DNA of 64,000 bases. Origin: Cryomorphaceae bacterium MED-G14 (GTDB taxonomy: Bacteria; Bacteroidota; Bacteroidia; Flavobacteriales; Flavobacteriaceae). The stretch is from NCBI GenBank assembly GCA_002457715.1, contig NTKN01000001.1, positions 6,826 through 70,825 on the forward strand, written 5' to 3'. This document shows positions 59,769 through 64,000 of this stretch, piece by piece (positions within the stretch are counted from its first letter, which is position 1; the number at the start of each line of letters is the position of its first letter). The notes below the pieces were generated by a model. The model did not search any database. It worked only from the letters and a program-made list of their open reading frames with translations, and was not told where the DNA came from. The position numbers and the translations under genes were made by a program.

Positions 59769-60995
59769 ATGTCTAAAATAAATGTTACTAATCCCGTTGT
59801 TGAACTAGACGGAGATGAAATGACCAGAATAATCTGGGATTTTATAAAACAAAAATTGATTTTACCATATATTGATTTAGATATCAAATATTATGATTTA
59901 GGTTTAAAAAACAGAGATTTCACTGATGATCAAGTTACAGTTGATGCAGCTGAGGCAATAAAAAAATACAATGTTGGCATTAAGTGCGCAACAATTACCC
60001 CTGACGAACAAAGAGTTAAGGAATATACTCTTAAAAAGATGTGGAAATCACCTAACGGAACCATTAGAAATATAATTGGAGGTACTGTTTTTCGTGAACC
60101 AATCATCATGAAAAATATCCCTCGATACGTTCAGGGATGGATTAAACCTATTTGCATTGGAAGACATGCCTTTGGTGATCAGTATAGAGCAACAGATTTT
60201 GTTACTCACGGAAAGGGTAAACTTACTATGACATTTACACCAGAGAATGGTGATGAATCAAAAACATGGGAAATTTATAATTTCCAAGAAGATGGGATAG
60301 CTATGGGAATGTATAACATTGACTCCTCTATATATGGGTTTGCAAGATCTTGCATGAATAGAGCTGTTTCAAAGAAATGGCCATTATACTTATCTACAAA
60401 AAACACAATTTTAAAAGCTTACGATGGAAGATTTAAGGATATTTTTCATGAAGTATTTGAAAATGAGTTTAAAGATAAATTTAATGATTTAGGCATTACT
60501 TATGAACACAGATTGATTGATGATATGGTAGCTGCCGCAATGAAGTGGGAAGGTGGTTTTGTTTGGGCATGTAAGAATTATGATGGTGATGTACAATCAG
60601 ATACAGTAGCGCAAGGTTTTGGATCCTTAGGATTAATGACCTCTACCCTACTAACACCTGATGGTAAAACTATGGAAGCAGAAGCTGCTCATGGTACAGT
60701 TACACGTCATTATAGATTGCACCAACAAGGCAAAGAAACATCTACTAACCCAATTGCATCAATATTTGCTTGGACAAGAGGTTTAATTCATCGGGCTGAG
60801 CTTGATTCCAATAATGAATTATTAATTTTCTGTAACCTACTAGAAAAGGTCTGCATAGAAACAGTTGAATCAGGAATGATGACAAAAGATCTGGCTATTC
60901 TCATTCACGGAAGTAATTTAAAAAGACAACACTATTTAAACACTCAAGAGTTTCTAGACGTAATTAAAGACAATCTTGAAAGTAAAATGTCCTAG
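59769..60995 (+). CDS. icd: NADP-dependent isocitrate dehydrogenase, type II (eukaryotic IDH1/2-like homodimeric form)
   Basis: [25 protein letters not shown] and NYDGDVQSD. 408 aa. It starts 3 nt after the rplS stop. Confidence 0.95.
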   Translation: MSKINVTNPVVELDGDEMTRIIWDFIKQKLILPYIDLDIKYYDLGLKNRDFTDDQVTVDAAEAIKKYNVGIKCATITPDEQRVKEYTLKKMWKSPNGTIRNIIGGTVFREPIIMKNIPRYVQGWIKPICIGRHAFGDQYRATDFVTHGKGKLTMTFTPENGDESKTWEIYNFQEDGIAMGMYNIDSSIYGFARSCMNRAVSKKWPLYLSTKNTILKAYDGRFKDIFHEVFENEFKDKFNDLGITYEHRLIDDMVAAAMKWEGGFVWACKNYDGDVQSDTVAQGFGSLGLMTSTLLTPDGKTMEAEAAHGTVTRHYRLHQQGKETSTNPIASIFAWTRGLIHRAELDSNNELLIFCNLLEKVCIETVESGMMTKDLAILIHGSNLKRQHYLNTQEFLDVIKDNLESKMS

Positions 60996-61006
60996 TTTAC
61001 TGGCAT

Positions 61007-61014
61007 TATTTTTG
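61007..61014 (+). promoter_or_regulatory. -7 box (TATTTTTG) for the TonB-dependent receptor
   Basis: Exact TAnnTTTG 13 nt upstream of the GTG start at 61028. Confidence 0.35.
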
Positions 61015-61027
61015 GTCATTATTTAAA

Positions 61028-63391
61028 GTGAAAAATAACATTTTTTTTTTCATACTACTTTTAGCTTCAACTTTCAATTTATACTCTCAACAAGATTTTA
61101 CTGTAAGTGGATATATTCTTGATAAATCAAGTGATGAGGCTATAATTGGAGCAAATATTATTATACCAGAACTTAATATCGGAACTGTTTCAAATACATA
61201 TGGATTTTACTCAATAACTGTTTCTAGTGGCATATACTCCTTTAATTACAGCATCCTTGGATACTCAGAGGAAAACATAAAAATTAACGTTAATAAGAAT
61301 CAAACATTTGATATTTATCTAGAACAAAGTTTTGAGGAGTTAGATGAAGTTACTATTATAATTGACAATGAAAATATTGAAATAGACAAGCCAATATTAA
61401 GCTTAAATAAATTATCAGGACAAACTATAAGACAGACACCTGTTGTTTTTGGTGAATCTGATTTACTCAAATCAATTCAACTTCTTCCTGGTGTTAGTAG
61501 TGCTGGTGATGGCTCCTCCGGATTTAATGTAAGAGGAGGTGCAGCCGATCAAAACTTAATATTATTTGATGAAGCAATAATATACAACTCCTCACATTTA
61601 TTTGGTTTATTCTCCGTATTTAATTCCGATGCTATCAAAGAGGTTCAGCTATATAAAGGTGGTATACCAGCAAGTTATGGTGGAAGAATTTCTTCAGTCC
61701 TAGATGTATTTCAAAAAGATGGGAACAAGAATAAATTGAGATATAATGGTGGAATTGGAGCTATTTCAAGCAGATTTCTTATTGAAGGGCCAATTCAAAA
61801 AAATAAAAGTTCATTTTTAATTGCTTCAAGAGGAACTTATGCTCATTTATTTTTAAAATTCACAGATATCAATAACGTAGCATATTTTTATGATTTTAAC
61901 ACTAAATCGAATTTTGTAATAGATGATAAAAACAAATTGTTTTTTTCAGGTTACTTTGGAAGAGATTTATTTAAACTAAATGAAACCTTTTCAAATTCCT
62001 ATGGAAACACTACACTAAATTTGAGATGGAATCACCTTTTAAATGATAAAACATTTACTAATACCTCAATTATATTTAGTGATTATTATTATGGTTTAAA
62101 ATTAAACTTTGTTGGCTTTGATTGGGCATCTGGGATAAAAAATTTAAACATTAAGTTTGATTTGAAAAATTATTATTCAAATTCACTTCAATTTAATACT
62201 GGAATTAGTTTGATTTACTACAATTTTAATCCCGGTAAAATTCAACCAATTAATTCATCATCAGGTATTAATCAATCAACACTGAATAAAAAATATGCAT
62301 TAGAAAATGCCGTCTATTTTGATTTTGTAAATACTTTGAGTGAAAGATTATCTATAAGATATGGCTTGAGATTTAATCAATTTTTGAGGTTAAAACAAAA
62401 TGGATTAGCAAAATATTTCAACAATAAACCTGTAGTTTATGATTATCTTCTTGGTATTTACTCGAGTGCAAATCCACTTTCAGATGAATATTTTAACAAT
62501 AAAAATATTATTAAATCTTTTTACAATATAGAACCAAGAATCAATTTATCATTAAATTATCCTTCTTACAGTTTTAAATTAAGTTATAACAGATTAAATC
62601 AGTATATACACTTAATTTCAAACACCAACTCTCCTACTCCTCTAGATATATGGACACCATCTGGTCCTTATATTAAACCTCAAAAACTTGATCAATTTGC
62701 ATTAGGGTTTTATAAAAAATTTGAGTTTTTAAATTTTGAATCTGAGTTTTTCTACAAAAAAATTAAAAATAGAATAGACTATATTGATGATGCAGATCTT
62801 ATTGCAAATAATGATATAGAAACTGTTTTATTAAATGGCAAATCAAGAGCATATGGTGCTGAATTTTTAGTAAAAAAATCATCTGGGAAGCATAGATTTT
62901 GGATTGCATACACTATATCAAAATCAGAGCAAAAAACTGGAGGAATTGGAGAAAATGATTTAGGTATAAACAATGGAGAATGGTATTTAACACCATATGA
63001 TAAAACCCATGATATTAGTTTTAATTCAAGTTACAAGATTAACAAAAAGCTAAGTCTTAATACTAATTTTATATACCAAACAGGACAACCAACTACATAT
63101 CCAAATGCACAGTATAATTATATGAATTTAAGTATCCCCAATTATGGAAATAGAAATACTTACAGGCTACCAAATTATCATAGATTAGATTTTAGTTTAA
63201 TCTTGACACCTAAAAAAAATGATGTTAAAAAAATTAAAAGGGAATGGGTTTTTGGTATTTATAACATATATAACAGAGATAATGCAACATCAATTTTGTT
63301 TCGGGAAAATACAGAAAAATTAAAAAATGAAGCAGTTCAAATATCAATTTTTGGAATTGTACCTTCAATAACTTATAATTTTAAATTCTAA
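61028..63391 (+). CDS. TonB-dependent receptor with an N-terminal CarboxypepD_reg-like domain
   Basis: Signal peptide, FTVSGYILDKSSDEAIIGANI (carboxypeptidase-regulatory fold), plug region DLLKSIQLLPGVSS..GFNVRGG, a long beta-barrel, and a terminal aromatic residue (..NFKF). Confidence 0.9.
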   Translation: MKNNIFFFILLLASTFNLYSQQDFTVSGYILDKSSDEAIIGANIIIPELNIGTVSNTYGFYSITVSSGIYSFNYSILGYSEENIKINVNKNQTFDIYLEQSFEELDEVTIIIDNENIEIDKPILSLNKLSGQTIRQTPVVFGESDLLKSIQLLPGVSSAGDGSSGFNVRGGAADQNLILFDEAIIYNSSHLFGLFSVFNSDAIKEVQLYKGGIPASYGGRISSVLDVFQKDGNKNKLRYNGGIGAISSRFLIEGPIQKNKSSFLIASRGTYAHLFLKFTDINNVAYFYDFNTKSNFVIDDKNKLFFSGYFGRDLFKLNETFSNSYGNTTLNLRWNHLLNDKTFTNTSIIFSDYYYGLKLNFVGFDWASGIKNLNIKFDLKNYYSNSLQFNTGISLIYYNFNPGKIQPINSSSGINQSTLNKKYALENAVYFDFVNTLSERLSIRYGLRFNQFLRLKQNGLAKYFNNKPVVYDYLLGIYSSANPLSDEYFNNKNIIKSFYNIEPRINLSLNYPSYSFKLSYNRLNQYIHLISNTNSPTPLDIWTPSGPYIKPQKLDQFALGFYKKFEFLNFESEFFYKKIKNRIDYIDDADLIANNDIETVLLNGKSRAYGAEFLVKKSSGKHRFWIAYTISKSEQKTGGIGENDLGINNGEWYLTPYDKTHDISFNSSYKINKKLSLNTNFIYQTGQPTTYPNAQYNYMNLSIPNYGNRNTYRLPNYHRLDFSLILTPKKNDVKKIKREWVFGIYNIYNRDNATSILFRENTEKLKNEAVQISIFGIVPSITYNFKF

Positions 63392-63999
63392 TGAAAAAGA
63401 CTATTGTTTTATTTGTTATCTGTACTTTATTAAGTTGCGAAAAAGTAATTGATTTAGATTTAGAATTTGATGATCAAAGAATTGTAATCGAAGCTAAGAT
63501 CAATAAAAAAATAAATACAGAAAAAGGATTTGCAGAGGTATTAATCAGTGAAACTTCAAGTTATTTTGATAATCAAATAAAATTCATTAGTGATGCAAAA
63601 GTTTCATTAAGAGAAATTGATTCGGGTAAAAAATTTAATTTAATTTTTGACAATAATAGTTATTATGTTGAAATAGAAAACATCTCTATGTCGTCTGAAT
63701 ATGAATTAAATATTATTTATAATGACAATCATTACCAAAGTATAGAAAAAATAAATCCTTCAACTAATATCAAAAGTATTAAAAGAGGTACAAGAGAATC
63801 TTTAAATAAAGATGAAATTGAAATTATCACAACTATAGATGATGAACTTGGATATGAAAACTACTACCTATTTGAATATGCAAAAGGAAATTTACAGCCA
63901 GTAAGTGATGAATATTTTGATGGTAATACTTTTTCTTTTTCTTATTTCATAAATAAAAATAAAATAAAAGATAATTCTCTTGAAATAGTTCTTGAGGGT
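63391..63999 (+). CDS. DUF4249-like lipoprotein, 3' end cut by the window edge
   Basis: The frame is open from the ATG at 63391 (TAATG overlap with the receptor stop) to the end of the window. It has the lipoprotein signal MKKTIVLFVICTLLSC. The pairing with this receptor type is typical of Bacteroidota, from memory. Confidence 0.6.
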   Translation, partial: MKKTIVLFVICTLLSCEKVIDLDLEFDDQRIVIEAKINKKINTEKGFAEVLISETSSYFDNQIKFISDAKVSLREIDSGKKFNLIFDNNSYYVEIENISMSSEYELNIIYNDNHYQSIEKINPSTNIKSIKRGTRESLNKDEIEIITTIDDELGYENYYLFEYAKGNLQPVSDEYFDGNTFSFSYFINKNKIKDNSLEIVLEG

Positions 64000-64000
64000 A

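Overview
This 64 kb window is a visibly AT-rich, very compact piece of core chromosome. It looks like a streamlined member of Bacteroidota, class Flavobacteriia. Supporting signs are the bamD-rpoZ-coaBC-DUF4835-recN gene order, a CarboxypepD_reg-type TonB-dependent receptor followed by a DUF4249-like lipoprotein, exact TAnnTTTG -7 promoter boxes, and the standard genetic code with TGA used as a stop. I call 64 protein-coding genes (several starts re-set relative to the ORF track) plus one RNase P RNA. By my own tally of coordinates, only about 1.9 kb lies outside CDSs. The content is housekeeping: replication and repair (dnaA, dnaX, ligA, recN, xerD), translation (rpsA, rplS, prfB with its +1 frameshift, prmC, trmD), proteostasis (dnaK, lon, htrA), polyphosphate (ppk1, ppx), pyrimidine (pyrR, pyrB), leucine (leuACDB), CoA (coaBC, coaE, panB), lysine and cell wall (dapA, dapF, mltG, bamD), the TCA cycle (fumC, icd, lpdA), and one two-component system. 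I found no rRNA, tRNA, CRISPR array, transposase, prophage, toxin-antitoxin pair or recognisable defence gene, so I do not see a convincing novel defence-island-type system here. Eight things are most worth a second look. (1) A MenA-type prenyltransferase carries an N-terminal PAS domain; it sits between a MenI-like thioesterase and a tightly linked CPBP protease plus a 62-aa membrane ORF. (2) A 15-nt motif (14/15 identical, same orientation) is shared by the dnaK and lon upstream regions, and both regions lack the housekeeping -7 box. (3) A translationally coupled CBS-like and alpha-oxoamine-synthase pair looks like capA-capB, the sulfonolipid (capnine) genes. (4) An A11 tract in dnaX lies exactly at the boundary between the conserved domains and the linker. 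(5) Several -7 boxes lie only 4-7 nt from start codons, which implies leaderless mRNAs. (6) An RNase Z-like protein lacks the flexible arm. (7) Ribosomal protein S1 has a Lys-rich N-terminal extension. (8) Nine convergent gene junctions leave no room for terminators. All functional calls come from motif recognition by eye; no searches were run.
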